Assembly: GCA_965202985.1 (NCBI GenBank)
Contig: CBDBCF010000002.1
Coordinates: 512,001-576,000, forward strand
Direction: 5' to 3'
Length of the DNA stretch: 64,000 nt
Source: Longimicrobiales bacterium
GTDB taxonomy: Bacteria; Gemmatimonadota; Gemmatimonadetes; Longimicrobiales; Gaopeijiaceae
In this document: positions 9,362 through 18,511 of the stretch, in pieces
Layout: every line of letters starts with the position of its first letter
How positions within the stretch are numbered: the stretch's first letter is position 1
Made by a program: the position numbers and the translations under genes
The notes under the pieces: generated by a model
What the model was told of the DNA's origin: nothing
The model's input: only the letters and a program-made list of their open reading frames with translations
Databases searched by the model: none

Positions 9362-10995
9362 ATCGGTCTTCGCCGCCGGCCGATGCGGGTCGCGCCGAGC
9401 CTCCGCCGAGCGCCCCCGCGTCCAACGCCCCAAGCCGTCGGCGGTCGCTGGCCAAGCTGGCGGTCCTGGCGGCTCTGCTGGTCGGCGGCTTCTTGGCGGC
9501 GCGCCTCACGCCGTTGGGCGAGCACTTGTCTCGGGAGGGGATCGGCCAGGCCGTGGAGTGGCTTCGCGGAAACCCGTTGGCGCCGGCGGTCTTCGTGGGC
9601 ACCTACGCCGCCTTCACGGCGCTCGCGCTCCCCGGAGCCGTGCTCACGCTGGCGGGCGGCGCGGTCTTCGGCTTCGGCTGGGGCGTCGCCTACAACACGA
9701 TCGCCGCCAACCTGGGCGCCAACGCGGCGTTCTTGATCGCCCGCAACCTGGGCCGGGACGGCGTCCGACGCTTGGCCGGAGACGACTCCAAGACGCTGGC
9801 CCGGCTGGACTCGGTCGTGGCGCGCCACGGGTTTCGGGGCCTCCTCACGCTGCGTCTCATCCCGCTGGTCCCCTTCAACGCGCTCAACTTCGGCTCCGGG
9901 CTCACCAACTTGAAGTGGTCCGCCTACGCCGCCGCCACGGCGATCGGCATCGTGCCGGGGACGGTCGTCTACACATTCTTCGCCGACGCCCTGCTGCAGG
10001 GTTCGCAAGAGGCGTCCCGCGGCGCGCTCGTTCGTCTGCTGGCGGCCGGCGTCCTGCTCGCGGCGCTGAGCTTTCTGCCGGCCCTGCTGAAGCGGCTCCG
10101 GGTGCGGTTGCCGGGCTTGAGGATCGTGGCGGTGCTGGCTTTGGGCGCGGCGACCGGCGGCCGGCCGGCAGCTTCGGCCGAGGCGCAAGAGACCGACCCC
10201 GCCGGCCTTCCCGACCACGACGCGTTCACCCGCGTGCTGGCCGAAGTGGTCGTAGGCGCGGGCGCGGGCGCGGGCGCGAATGGCGCGGGCGCCTCGGACC
10301 ACCCCATGGGACCCGGTGTGGACTACGCCCGCTTGGCCGCCGATCCGTCGGCGCTCTACGCCTACCTAGCAGCGCTGGAAGCCACGCCGCGCGCACTGCT
10401 CGAGGCCGCGCCCCGCAACGACCGCCTGGCGTTCTGGATCAACGCCTACAACGCCTGCATGCTCAAACGGGTGGTGGAGCGCTACCCCATCCAGCCCGCC
10501 GGAGGCCTCTTGGGCCTGAAGAACCGGGCTGCCGGCCGCCCCGCCAACTCCGTCTGGCAGATCGACGATGTCTTCGAAGGTCGGCACTGCCCGGTGGCGG
10601 GCGCCCCCCGCTCCCAGGACGAGATCGAGCACGAAATCGTCCGTCCGCTCGGCGATCCCCGAATCCACTTCGCCGTCAACTGCGCCGCCCGCAGCTGTCC
10701 GCCGCTGGCGCCCCGCGCATACGAAGGCCCCCAGCTGGACGCGCAGATGGACGCCCAGGTGGAGGCTTTTCTGCAGGACCCGGCGCACTTCCGCACGTCC
10801 AAGCAGGCAGGCCGCACCGTCGTGACCGTGAATCGGGTCCTGGATTGGTTCGGCGAAGACTTCGGCGGCCCCGAAGGCGTGCTGTCGTTCCTGGCAGGCT
10901 ACGCCCGGGGGGCGGATCGCGAGGCGCTGGAGGATCCCGGCGCGCGCCTGGAGTTTTTCGAGTACGACTGGACCTTGAACGACAGGGCGCGGTAG
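9349..10995 (+). CDS. VTT (TVP38/TMEM64/DedA-like) membrane domain fused to a DUF547 domain
   Basis: N-half: LPGAVLTLAGGAVFG, LRLIPLVPFNALNF, IVPGT. C-half: LAFWINAYNA, DEIEHEI, DPRIHFAVNCAARSCPPL, WFGEDF, YDWTLN. Start approximate. Confidence 0.82.
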   Translation: MAQVDRSSPPADAGRAEPPPSAPASNAPSRRRSLAKLAVLAALLVGGFLAARLTPLGEHLSREGIGQAVEWLRGNPLAPAVFVGTYAAFTALALPGAVLTLAGGAVFGFGWGVAYNTIAANLGANAAFLIARNLGRDGVRRLAGDDSKTLARLDSVVARHGFRGLLTLRLIPLVPFNALNFGSGLTNLKWSAYAAATAIGIVPGTVVYTFFADALLQGSQEASRGALVRLLAAGVLLAALSFLPALLKRLRVRLPGLRIVAVLALGAATGGRPAASAEAQETDPAGLPDHDAFTRVLAEVVVGAGAGAGANGAGASDHPMGPGVDYARLAADPSALYAYLAALEATPRALLEAAPRNDRLAFWINAYNACMLKRVVERYPIQPAGGLLGLKNRAAGRPANSVWQIDDVFEGRHCPVAGAPRSQDEIEHEIVRPLGDPRIHFAVNCAARSCPPLAPRAYEGPQLDAQMDAQVEAFLQDPAHFRTSKQAGRTVVTVNRVLDWFGEDFGGPEGVLSFLAGYARGADREALEDPGARLEFFEYDWTLNDRAR

Positions 10996-11008
10996 GCCCG
11001 GCCCGCAG

Positions 11009-12418
11009 TTGCCTTCCAGTCGACAGGATCCAGACGCGCCCCCGTCAGGGTCCCTCGCAGATACGTCCCTCGCCGCCGATCGCCCGCTGGGCGTCGTGAT
11101 CCCGGCCCTGGACGAGGCAAGCACCCTTCCTGGCCTGCTCGCCGACCTTTCCAAGCTGGCGCTGGCACACCAAGTCTTGGTCGTGGACGGCGGTTCCCGA
11201 GACGACACCGTGGCCGTCGCCCAGGCCGGCGACGCGCTCGTGCTTCGCGCCCCGACCGGACGCGCCCGCCAAATGAACGCCGGCGCCGCCTTCGTTCGAG
11301 CGCGCTGGCTCCTGTTCCTGCACGCCGACACCCGGCTGGACGCCGCCGCCCGCGACGCCGTTCGACGACATGTGGCCCGGGACGAGCCGATCGCGGCCCA
11401 CTTCCGGCTGGCCCTTGGGCATCCGCACTTCTGGTACCGCCTTCTCGAGGCCGGTCAGCGGGTCCGCGAACGGCTGTTCGGCTTGGCGTACGGAGACCAA
11501 GGACTGCTTCTGCCCAGGGAACTCTTCTTCCAAGCAGGTCCCTTCCCCGACGAGCCCGTCATGGAAGACGTGATCCTCGCCCTGCGCCTGCGACGCGCGC
11601 GCCGGCTGATGCGCCTTCCGGCGGTTGCGACCACCAGCGCGCGCAGATACGAAGAAGAAGGCAAGGTCCGCGCCTTCCTGCGGAACGCCCGCTCGATCTC
11701 TCGCTTCATGGCCGGAGCGCCGCCGTCGGCCCTTGCACCGGACTACGCACCGCGCCGTCGGCGGACCGTGAGCGCGCTTCCGTCGTCGCAGCAACAGTCC
11801 GCAGCGCTGCTCGTGTTTGCGAAGTCCCCCCGACCCGGTGCCGTGAAGACCCGGCTGGCGGCGGCGGTGGGACCCGACGACGCGGCCGAAGCCTACCGGC
11901 GCATGGGCCGCATGATCGCCGTGCAGCTGGCGGACGCCCCGGCGGAGATGGCCGTATGTTTCGATCCTCCCGACGCGGAGGCCGAGATGCGGAAATGGCT
12001 GGACCCGCTGCCGAGTCGCTACCTGCCCCAGGGCGACGGCGACCTGGGGGAGCGGATGTCGCGCATGGTGGGCCGAGCGCTGACCGGACCGGACCGCGCC
12101 GACCAAGCCGTGGTCGTGGGGACCGACGCCCCCGCCGTGGACGCGGCCGTAGTCGCGCGGGCGCTGAACGCGCTCGACTCGGCGGATGTCGTCCTGGGAC
12201 CGTCCACCGACGGAGGCTACTACCTGATCGGCCTGAACGCCCCCTGCCCCGACCTTTTCCGCTCCATCCCCTGGAGCACCAGCAGCGTGCTGGCCGCCAC
12301 GGCGGCCCGCGCTCGGGAGCAAGGCCTGGAGGTCACCTACCTGGAGATGCAGGCCGATGTCGACACGTTGGCCGACCTAACCCCCGACCTGGCCCGGCGG
12401 CTGGGACTCTCGCGCTGA
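11009..12418 (+). CDS. Fused GT2-like transferase (TIGR04283 type) and DUF2064 transferase (TIGR04282 type)
   Basis: N-half: VVIPALDEA, VVDGGSRD, GRARQMNAGA, LLFLHAD, YGDQGL, MED, TSARRY. C-half: FAKSPRPGAVKTRL, QGDGDLGERM, GTDAP, VLGPSTDGGYYLIGL, IPWST, DVDT. Confidence 0.85.
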   Translation: MPSSRQDPDAPPSGSLADTSLAADRPLGVVIPALDEASTLPGLLADLSKLALAHQVLVVDGGSRDDTVAVAQAGDALVLRAPTGRARQMNAGAAFVRARWLLFLHADTRLDAAARDAVRRHVARDEPIAAHFRLALGHPHFWYRLLEAGQRVRERLFGLAYGDQGLLLPRELFFQAGPFPDEPVMEDVILALRLRRARRLMRLPAVATTSARRYEEEGKVRAFLRNARSISRFMAGAPPSALAPDYAPRRRRTVSALPSSQQQSAALLVFAKSPRPGAVKTRLAAAVGPDDAAEAYRRMGRMIAVQLADAPAEMAVCFDPPDAEAEMRKWLDPLPSRYLPQGDGDLGERMSRMVGRALTGPDRADQAVVVGTDAPAVDAAVVARALNALDSADVVLGPSTDGGYYLIGLNAPCPDLFRSIPWSTSSVLAATAARAREQGLEVTYLEMQADVDTLADLTPDLARRLGLSR

Positions 12419-12445
12419 TCCCAGCCGCCGGGCCCGGACTCCGTT

Positions 12446-13513
12446 CTAGCTTCGACCGGAGACCGCCACGGCCACCTTGACGGCGAAGAACTGCAACTTT
12501 TCGTCGTCCCAGTAGGTCGCAAGGAAGCGACCGTCGCGAGTCGCGCTCCAGACTCGGTAGTGCTTGGAAATCCGCGTGCGCGCCAGCACGCGACCGTCGG
12601 ACGAAACCACGACCCACAGGCTGTGGCTAGGCTCAGGCTCAGGCTCGTCCTCGTTCTCCGGAAACACGGACACCACGTTGAGGATGCGGCCGTCTTCCAT
12701 TTCGTGAACGAAGGACGACTTGCTCCATGCGCTCGTGTAGCTGACCGATTGCCTTGGACCTCGGGTGACCGCTCGATCCAGTTCAGAGGACGCAACGATG
12801 CTCTCGTCCTCGACGACCAACTGTTCGCCTCCGCCTTCGAGGTTGGCGTACCGTGTGATTCTGAACGGCGCAGCGTCGGATACGAGGAGTCCTCCGTCTC
12901 GGGTCAGGGCGACCGGGCCTCCCGACGTCGACCGCACGACTTCCCAGTCGTCGTGATCGACCGTCGGGTGCCAACTCTTCACGTGGCGAGCGCGTCGATC
13001 GTAGCGGTGGACGGCGTACTGGGCCAGCTCGTGTTCCCTATCCCAGTCAAAGCCGCCGCTGATCACGAATCCTCCGTCGGGCGTTGCCGCAAACCCCCAC
13101 GACCATATGCCAGCGGGTCTCGGCGCACGGCGGCGCAATCTCTTGTCGGCGTCGAAGAAACCCACCCGCCGGTTGTCGTAGATCACCACGCCGCCCATCG
13201 GAGACGGCACGACCCAGTCTACTCGGCTGACTTCCCGGGGACCGTCGCCCTCCCGGAGAACAACCCGGGTCCGGTTTCCGTCGGCCGATATCTCGTAGAC
13301 CTCGGCGAGACGGTCGTCTCCGACCCAAACGGTGCCGTCCGGCCACTGCGCCATTCCTCCGGGGAAACCAAACGCCGCAGAATCGCCGGTGCTCCACACC
13401 TCGGTCACCGCGACTTCGAGCGGCTCGCGATCTTGACCGGCAACAAACGCCGGCCCAGTCCACAGGCCAGCGACCAGAAGGCCGACAACGGCCACCGTGC
13501 GCGGACTCGTCAT
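12446..13513 (-). CDS. Exported protein, probable 6-bladed beta-propeller (NHL/SGL-like)
   Basis: Signal peptide (MTSPRTVAVVGLLVAGLW...AG-Q), GDGPREV motif, repeated PDG/RDG-hydrophobic-D blades. Confidence 0.65.
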   Translation of the reverse strand: MTSPRTVAVVGLLVAGLWTGPAFVAGQDREPLEVAVTEVWSTGDSAAFGFPGGMAQWPDGTVWVGDDRLAEVYEISADGNRTRVVLREGDGPREVSRVDWVVPSPMGGVVIYDNRRVGFFDADKRLRRRAPRPAGIWSWGFAATPDGGFVISGGFDWDREHELAQYAVHRYDRRARHVKSWHPTVDHDDWEVVRSTSGGPVALTRDGGLLVSDAAPFRITRYANLEGGGEQLVVEDESIVASSELDRAVTRGPRQSVSYTSAWSKSSFVHEMEDGRILNVVSVFPENEDEPEPEPSHSLWVVVSSDGRVLARTRISKHYRVWSATRDGRFLATYWDDEKLQFFAVKVAVAVSGRS

Positions 13514-14388
13514 CGGTCTTCGGCACTTCGGTCTTCGTCGCCAAGCCCAAACGCCCATCGCTGCAACCGGATCGCAAGCGAGTTGGTCGTCACCTCCCAT
13601 CGTCCGTCCGGGAACTCTCGGGCGAGAACGACCCAGCGATCGGAACCGCACGCCGATGCAGCGTAGTAAGACGCACTTACTCGGCGGACAGCGATCAGGC
13701 TGCCTGCATGGTCGACATGCCGGGTGTCGCTCAAGGCGGTCATGGGTTCCTCATCTGGCGTGCAAATCTGGCCATCGGGCCAAAACCGCTTGCGCACCTT
13801 CACGCAAGTGCAACCGCCCGTCGTCTGACAGGTCTGCGACTCGCCCGAGTGGACTTCGGTGCAGCTTGAGCCGCCGCCGCCGTCCTCGCAGTCGCCCCTG
13901 TCGCAGACATGACACTGGGCGGCCACGGGCGCAGGCGCGCTTGCCAGCACGAGAACCGCCAGCACGCCCAGGACCGCTATCGAGGGAGCGAGCCAGCCCA
14001 TCCAGCGGACGCTCCCGTCCGCCGGTCTCTTGGACGGCAAGCTGCGAACCGGTGTTCGCGCACCGGATCGTCCTCGCGTCCGACGCCTTCGGGCGAGTCC
14101 TTGGGAACCGGAAGGACGGGGTCCGATTCGCCGACCCGGAAGAACGGTGGCCAGCCCAACCTGGAAAGATCGGTCGGTGGCGCCGGCGAAGGTGGCCTTG
14201 ATCGGGCCGCCCAGCACTTTCGCGGCCGCGAAGATCGAGGTCCACGGGTTGTCCGTGACGGGCTCGGGAGTTTCGGAGGTCCGCTCCGCGAGCTGCGTGG
14301 GCGAGCGGTCGTCCCCGCAGGCGGCGACCAGCATGGTCCGCGCCAGCGCGGCCAAGGCCGCCCGTCCGATTGTGATGATGCGTCTCAT
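13510..14388 (-). CDS. Hypothetical ORF: lipoprotein-like N-terminus, Arg-rich middle, second signal peptide and Cys-rich domain (functional part may start near 14001)
   Basis: CAGGAG RBS before ATG at 14388 and lipobox-like LVAA-C. Internal MGWLAPSIAVLGVLAVLVLASAPAPVAA-Q precedes an 8-Cys cluster. Stop overlaps the next ATG. Confidence 0.55.
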   Translation of the reverse strand: MRRIITIGRAALAALARTMLVAACGDDRSPTQLAERTSETPEPVTDNPWTSIFAAAKVLGGPIKATFAGATDRSFQVGLATVLPGRRIGPRPSGSQGLARRRRTRGRSGARTPVRSLPSKRPADGSVRWMGWLAPSIAVLGVLAVLVLASAPAPVAAQCHVCDRGDCEDGGGGSSCTEVHSGESQTCQTTGGCTCVKVRKRFWPDGQICTPDEEPMTALSDTRHVDHAGSLIAVRRVSASYYAASACGSDRWVVLAREFPDGRWEVTTNSLAIRLQRWAFGLGDEDRSAEDR

Positions 14389-14618
14389 GAGTTGCTCCTG
14401 GCGAAAGTCCGGGCCGCTTCGCCGCCCTTGTGGCGGTCCCGCGCTCCGGTGTGTGCCAATGGATACTCCAGAAACCGAGATTTGTTCCATTTGGCCGGAC
14501 GAGGGGTTTCGAGCGATCTGCACAGAGGCCGATCCGCACGCGCACCGATCGTGCGTCCCGCGAAGGGCCGGAGAGCATGGACCACCCGCGAATCGTCCCG
14601 CACTGGTCCAGCGCGCCG

Positions 14619-16031
14619 CTACCCCCGCGTGCGCTGCAACCCGTGTTCGTAGCCCTGCCAGATTCCCGGCCTGACGGGTACGTACACCATGTCGTGCGGC
14701 GCCTCGCTGGAGCGCTCGGCGAAGACGGGGACGCCTTCGTGCTCGCCCACCTGGACGATGTTGCCACAGGTCAGTCGGACCTCTTCTCCCGACTTGCTGT
14801 ACTCGCGGTCGTCCAGCGAGATCGACTCGTCTCCGGTGAACCAGTCCTGATCTCCGGCGTAGTCGCCGGCAAACTCCAGGGCGGGCCGGAGGTCGGCCAC
14901 GGAAACCCGAGACGGTCCGACCAGCGTGTCTTGCTGGGCCGTGACGAACACCTGCACCGAGGCACCCGTGGCCAAGCAGAGGCTCGTTGGCGTGCCGGTC
15001 GGCAAGTCCGGCTCGACGGTGCGTTCCATGATCACGGTGTCGGGCGGCGGCGCAGGGAGCGTCACCGTGTCCGGGCCGGGCCGCTCCGCCAGCTTGGGCT
15101 TGCACAGCCCGCCCGCCGCGCCGCAGAAGGCCACGGAACCCATGATGCCGAACTTGCGGCTCCGGAAGGTGGAGTACTTGTCGTAGGCGAGCCCCAGGGC
15201 GAAGGCGCCGGCCCGGATGCCCCCCATGTCCACCTGCACGCCGGCGTTGAGGTCGAAGCCGTTGAACTCGGCCAAGAGGTTGAGAAGCTTGTCGTCGCCG
15301 ATGCCGAAGTGGAGTGCCGACCCGGCGAAGAAGCCGCCGGTTCCCGCGACCTGGTAGAAGTCGACGTTCTTTCCCGCCCGGAAGAGTCCGCTCCCCCAGC
15401 CCGCCGTCAAGCTGACGTCGTGCTCGGGCAGGAACCCGGCGTCCGGTCCGGGGACGTGGGCGGTGGCGACGACGTAGGGCGAAAAGTTGGAGTTGAACTC
15501 GCGGCCGGCGTCCGACACGATGCGGGAATCGGGGTAGCCGAATCGGTTGGGCCGGAATTCGTCCTCGAAAGGATCGAACGTGGGCGACGTGACGTAGCGG
15601 GCACCCACAGCCAGATCGAGTCCCTTGACCGACATCGGCAACAGCGAGACGCGCGCGAACCCGCCCAAGAGGTTGCCGCCCTCGGCCGGGTCGTCGTAGT
15701 GCTGAATGCTGGCGCCGATTTCGGCGCGGTCGAAGAGGCCGACGGCGATCGAGCCGTCCGAGACCCACTTCTCGTAGGGCTCTCCACGGGCGATGAACTC
15801 TCCCGATCGAGTGACCACCAACCTCTCGGCCACCGAGATGCCGAAGCCGGAGTAGGTCCCGGTGACGGCCAAGTGCGGCAGAACCGACGCGACGGGCACG
15901 TCCAGCAGCCCGGAGCCCCAGCGCAGCGTGCCGGACGCCGTGGTGCTCTGGCCGGCGGCGGCGTGTAACGAGGCGGCGAGCCCCAGGCAAGCGATGGTCG
16001 CAACGGGAAGCCTCAAGAGGCGGAACGTCAT
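14619..16031 (-). CDS. Probable outer-membrane beta-barrel protein with Pro-rich linker and unassigned C-terminal domain
   Basis: Signal peptide, Gly/aromatic alternating strands (e.g. LLAEFNGFDLNAGVQVD), PAPPPDT linker. GGAG RBS upstream of the ATG. Confidence 0.65.
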   Translation of the reverse strand: MTFRLLRLPVATIACLGLAASLHAAAGQSTTASGTLRWGSGLLDVPVASVLPHLAVTGTYSGFGISVAERLVVTRSGEFIARGEPYEKWVSDGSIAVGLFDRAEIGASIQHYDDPAEGGNLLGGFARVSLLPMSVKGLDLAVGARYVTSPTFDPFEDEFRPNRFGYPDSRIVSDAGREFNSNFSPYVVATAHVPGPDAGFLPEHDVSLTAGWGSGLFRAGKNVDFYQVAGTGGFFAGSALHFGIGDDKLLNLLAEFNGFDLNAGVQVDMGGIRAGAFALGLAYDKYSTFRSRKFGIMGSVAFCGAAGGLCKPKLAERPGPDTVTLPAPPPDTVIMERTVEPDLPTGTPTSLCLATGASVQVFVTAQQDTLVGPSRVSVADLRPALEFAGDYAGDQDWFTGDESISLDDREYSKSGEEVRLTCGNIVQVGEHEGVPVFAERSSEAPHDMVYVPVRPGIWQGYEHGLQRTRG

Positions 16032-16156
16032 CGTGTGTTCTCCGGTGGATTGGTGGGGCGCCCGACACCCGCGCACGGTGTCGCGGTGTGCCGAACTTTC
16101 GCGCCGTATCGGGGGAATATAGGCGTTTCTGATTGAGATTGGTATAGGTGCACGGG

Positions 16157-16393
16157 CTAGCGAGCGGAGTCCCCGAGTTCCCGTCGGGACCCGGGCGCGG
16201 CTGCGGCGGACCGCTTGGCCATGCGCGAGATCCGCCACGCCCACAGGAGAACCAGCAGCCAGGCGATTCCATAGGCGGCCCAGACGTGGACATAGGGCCG
16301 GAGGGGGACGCCCCGCCCCGCTTCTGCCTGGGCGAACAGAGCGGACGGCGCGGCGAGATGCGCCAAGACGAACGACCGCAGTGCGCGGATCAC
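16157..16393 (-). CDS. ccmD: CcmD-like small membrane protein
   Basis: VWAAYGIAWLLVLLWAWRI helix followed by a basic tail. Directly downstream of ccmC with overlap. Confidence 0.6.
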   Translation of the reverse strand: MIRALRSFVLAHLAAPSALFAQAEAGRGVPLRPYVHVWAAYGIAWLLVLLWAWRISRMAKRSAAAAPGSRRELGDSAR

Positions 16394-17109
16394 CGTGCGG
16401 CCCCGTCTCCGACGGTCGCCGCCTTCCCCGTTCCAGCGGCGAGCCCGGCTCGGTATCGGAAGCAGAGCATGCCCAGGAACAGGCACGTGAACCCGGCCAC
16501 GGACGTCAGGACCGTCGTCCGCATGTCGGGGTGAAGCGTGGGGCCGTCGGGCTTGATGACCACCGCACCGGGATGGAGAGACCGGAACCAGTTCACGCTC
16601 ACGTGGATGAGGGGAATGTTAAGGGAGCCGGCCACGGCCACGACGGCCGCCAAGCGCCGGCCCTTGCGGCGGTCCGCCACCGAGCTGCGGACCAGGAAGT
16701 ACCCCAGGTACGTGAACCAAAGCAGCAGCGTCAGCGTCAGCCGGGGCTCCCACTCCCAGTACGTGCCCCAGGCGATCCGCGCCCAGAGAGGTCCCGACGT
16801 GAGCATGACGGCGCCGAACACCAGCCCGCCCTCGGCCGCGGCTGCCGCGGCTGCGTCGGCGCGCTCGTCGCGCAACCAAAGGTAGGCGGCGCTCGCAGCA
16901 GCCGAGATGCCGAACGCAAGGAAGGTGGTCCACGCCGCCGGCGCATGGATGTAGAAGATCCGCTGCACGACGCCCATCGACGCCTCGGTGGGGACCCAGA
17001 ACGCCACCATCCAGTGCATGACCAAGAGCGTCGCCACCCCCACGCCCACGAGCGCGAGCCCGGCGACGCGGGCGGTGCGAGACTGCTGCGTGGCGGCTGG
17101 GCGTTCCAC
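16390..17109 (-). CDS. ccmC: Heme exporter protein C
   Basis: RIFYIHAPAAW, Trp-rich WGTYWEWEPRLT, WFRSLHP. Confidence 0.9.
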   Translation of the reverse strand: MERPAATQQSRTARVAGLALVGVGVATLLVMHWMVAFWVPTEASMGVVQRIFYIHAPAAWTTFLAFGISAAASAAYLWLRDERADAAAAAAAEGGLVFGAVMLTSGPLWARIAWGTYWEWEPRLTLTLLLWFTYLGYFLVRSSVADRRKGRRLAAVVAVAGSLNIPLIHVSVNWFRSLHPGAVVIKPDGPTLHPDMRTTVLTSVAGFTCLFLGMLCFRYRAGLAAGTGKAATVGDGAAR

Positions 17110-17123
17110 GGCCGGCGGACGCA

Positions 17124-17801
17124 CTACTCGTCCGTTGCGTGACGGAAGAGGACGGCGCCCGCCGCGAGCGACCCGAGCGCAAAGGCCCACAAGAGCCGCG
17201 CGGGTCCCGCGATCTCGGACCAAGGACGGCCCAGGAAGACGCGGGCGGAGGCCGTGGAGCCGAAGAAGACCACGGGCGCCAGCAGGGGGAACGACAGTAC
17301 GGGCAGCAGCGCGTCGCCCAGGCCGCTGTGACTGGAGACGCGGCCGAAGAAGGTGCCCACGGCGGCGAGTCCGATCGTCCCCGGCAGCAGGACGGCGCCG
17401 TGCCACGCCAAGGGTCCCGTGGAGCGAACGCCCAGGAACGCCGTGATCGCGACGAAGGCCGTCACCGCCACGATCGCGGCCAGGACCCAGTTGGCCGCCG
17501 TCTTCCCGGCGAACACGGCGCCCCGCGGCACGGGCGATGCCAGCACGTGGCGGAACGCCCCGTCCTCTTCTTCGGCGTCGAAGGCCCGTCCGGCGCCCGT
17601 GGTGGTCGCAAAGAGGACCACCAGCCACAGCAGACCGGCCGCCGCGCTTCGTCCGGGGACCTGCGTCCGGTCCAGGGACACGGCGAACAGGAACGCGGCC
17701 AGCACAACGAAGGCGCCCATCGCGACCAAGCGTCCGCCCGAGCGAAGTTCGGTTCGCAGGTCCTTCACGGCGAAGAGCCACGTCGCGCGAAGGCTGTTCA
17801 T
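17124..17801 (-). CDS. ccmB: Heme exporter protein B
   Basis: KDLRTELR, FDAEEEDG, LLPVLSFPL; multiple TM helices; ccm context. Confidence 0.88.
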   Translation of the reverse strand: MNSLRATWLFAVKDLRTELRSGGRLVAMGAFVVLAAFLFAVSLDRTQVPGRSAAAGLLWLVVLFATTTGAGRAFDAEEEDGAFRHVLASPVPRGAVFAGKTAANWVLAAIVAVTAFVAITAFLGVRSTGPLAWHGAVLLPGTIGLAAVGTFFGRVSSHSGLGDALLPVLSFPLLAPVVFFGSTASARVFLGRPWSEIAGPARLLWAFALGSLAAGAVLFRHATDE

Positions 17802-18511
17802 GCGGCAGCCTCTGCGACCGCTCCGCCGCCGAACGCCGCCGCGACCTGGCCCGCACGCCCCGGATCGGCGGCGCCCGCCTGCGCGACCCGGCCGCCCCGC
17901 AGCACGACGAAGCGCTCCGCCAGCGCCAAGCCGCGCGCCACGTCGTGAGTGGTCAGCACCACGATCCGTCCCCGACGCGCAAGGTCCCGCAGGACCGCCT
18001 CCAGGGACGCGACCCCCGCCGGGTCCAGGCCCGTGAACGGTTCGTCCAGGAAGACGGCGCGAGGATCGTGGAGCAGCAACCTGGCCAGGGCGGCACGCTG
18101 GCGCTGGCCTCGCGACAGCAGGCGAACCTGCACGTCGCCCGTGTCTTCGGCGCCCACGCGGGACAGCGCGCTCGCAAGGGCGTACCGGTCGGGCGCAAGG
18201 CCGCGGAGCCCCGCGAAGAAGCGCAAGTTCTCCAGGACGGTGAGCCGCTGGTACAGGCCCGTGCGGTGGGAGACCAGTCCACTCTGCGCCCGCCACTCGT
18301 ACCCGGCGCCGGGCACGGGCGCGCCCCCGAAGAGCACGCGGCCCCGGTCGGGGGTCCTTTCGCCGCCCAACACCTTGAGCAGGGTGGTCTTCCCCGCCCC
18401 GTTCGGCCCGAAGACGGCAAGCGTCTCCCCGCCGCGCGCCGACACGTCCACGCCGTCCAGGGCGCGCGTGGCGCCGTAGTCGCACACCAAGCCCCGGCCC
18501 TCCAGCGTCAC
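17798..18511 (-). CDS. ccmA: Heme exporter ATP-binding protein A
   Basis: GPNGAGKTT, LSRGQRQR, LDEPFTGLD; ccm context. Confidence 0.88.
   Translation of the reverse strand: MTLEGRGLVCDYGATRALDGVDVSARGGETLAVFGPNGAGKTTLLKVLGGERTPDRGRVLFGGAPVPGAGYEWRAQSGLVSHRTGLYQRLTVLENLRFFAGLRGLAPDRYALASALSRVGAEDTGDVQVRLLSRGQRQRAALARLLLHDPRAVFLDEPFTGLDPAGVASLEAVLRDLARRGRIVVLTTHDVARGLALAERFVVLRGGRVAQAGAADPGRAGQVAAAFGGGAVAEAAA

Noticed and set aside
7804..10995. 1063-aa ORF as a single protein
   Set aside because: The first ~515 aa are an off-frame reading of the flavoprotein gene. Protein-like sequence begins only near 9349.
13860..13920. c-type heme site in the Cys-rich protein near the ccm operon
   Set aside because: The motif is CHVCD, not CxxCH.
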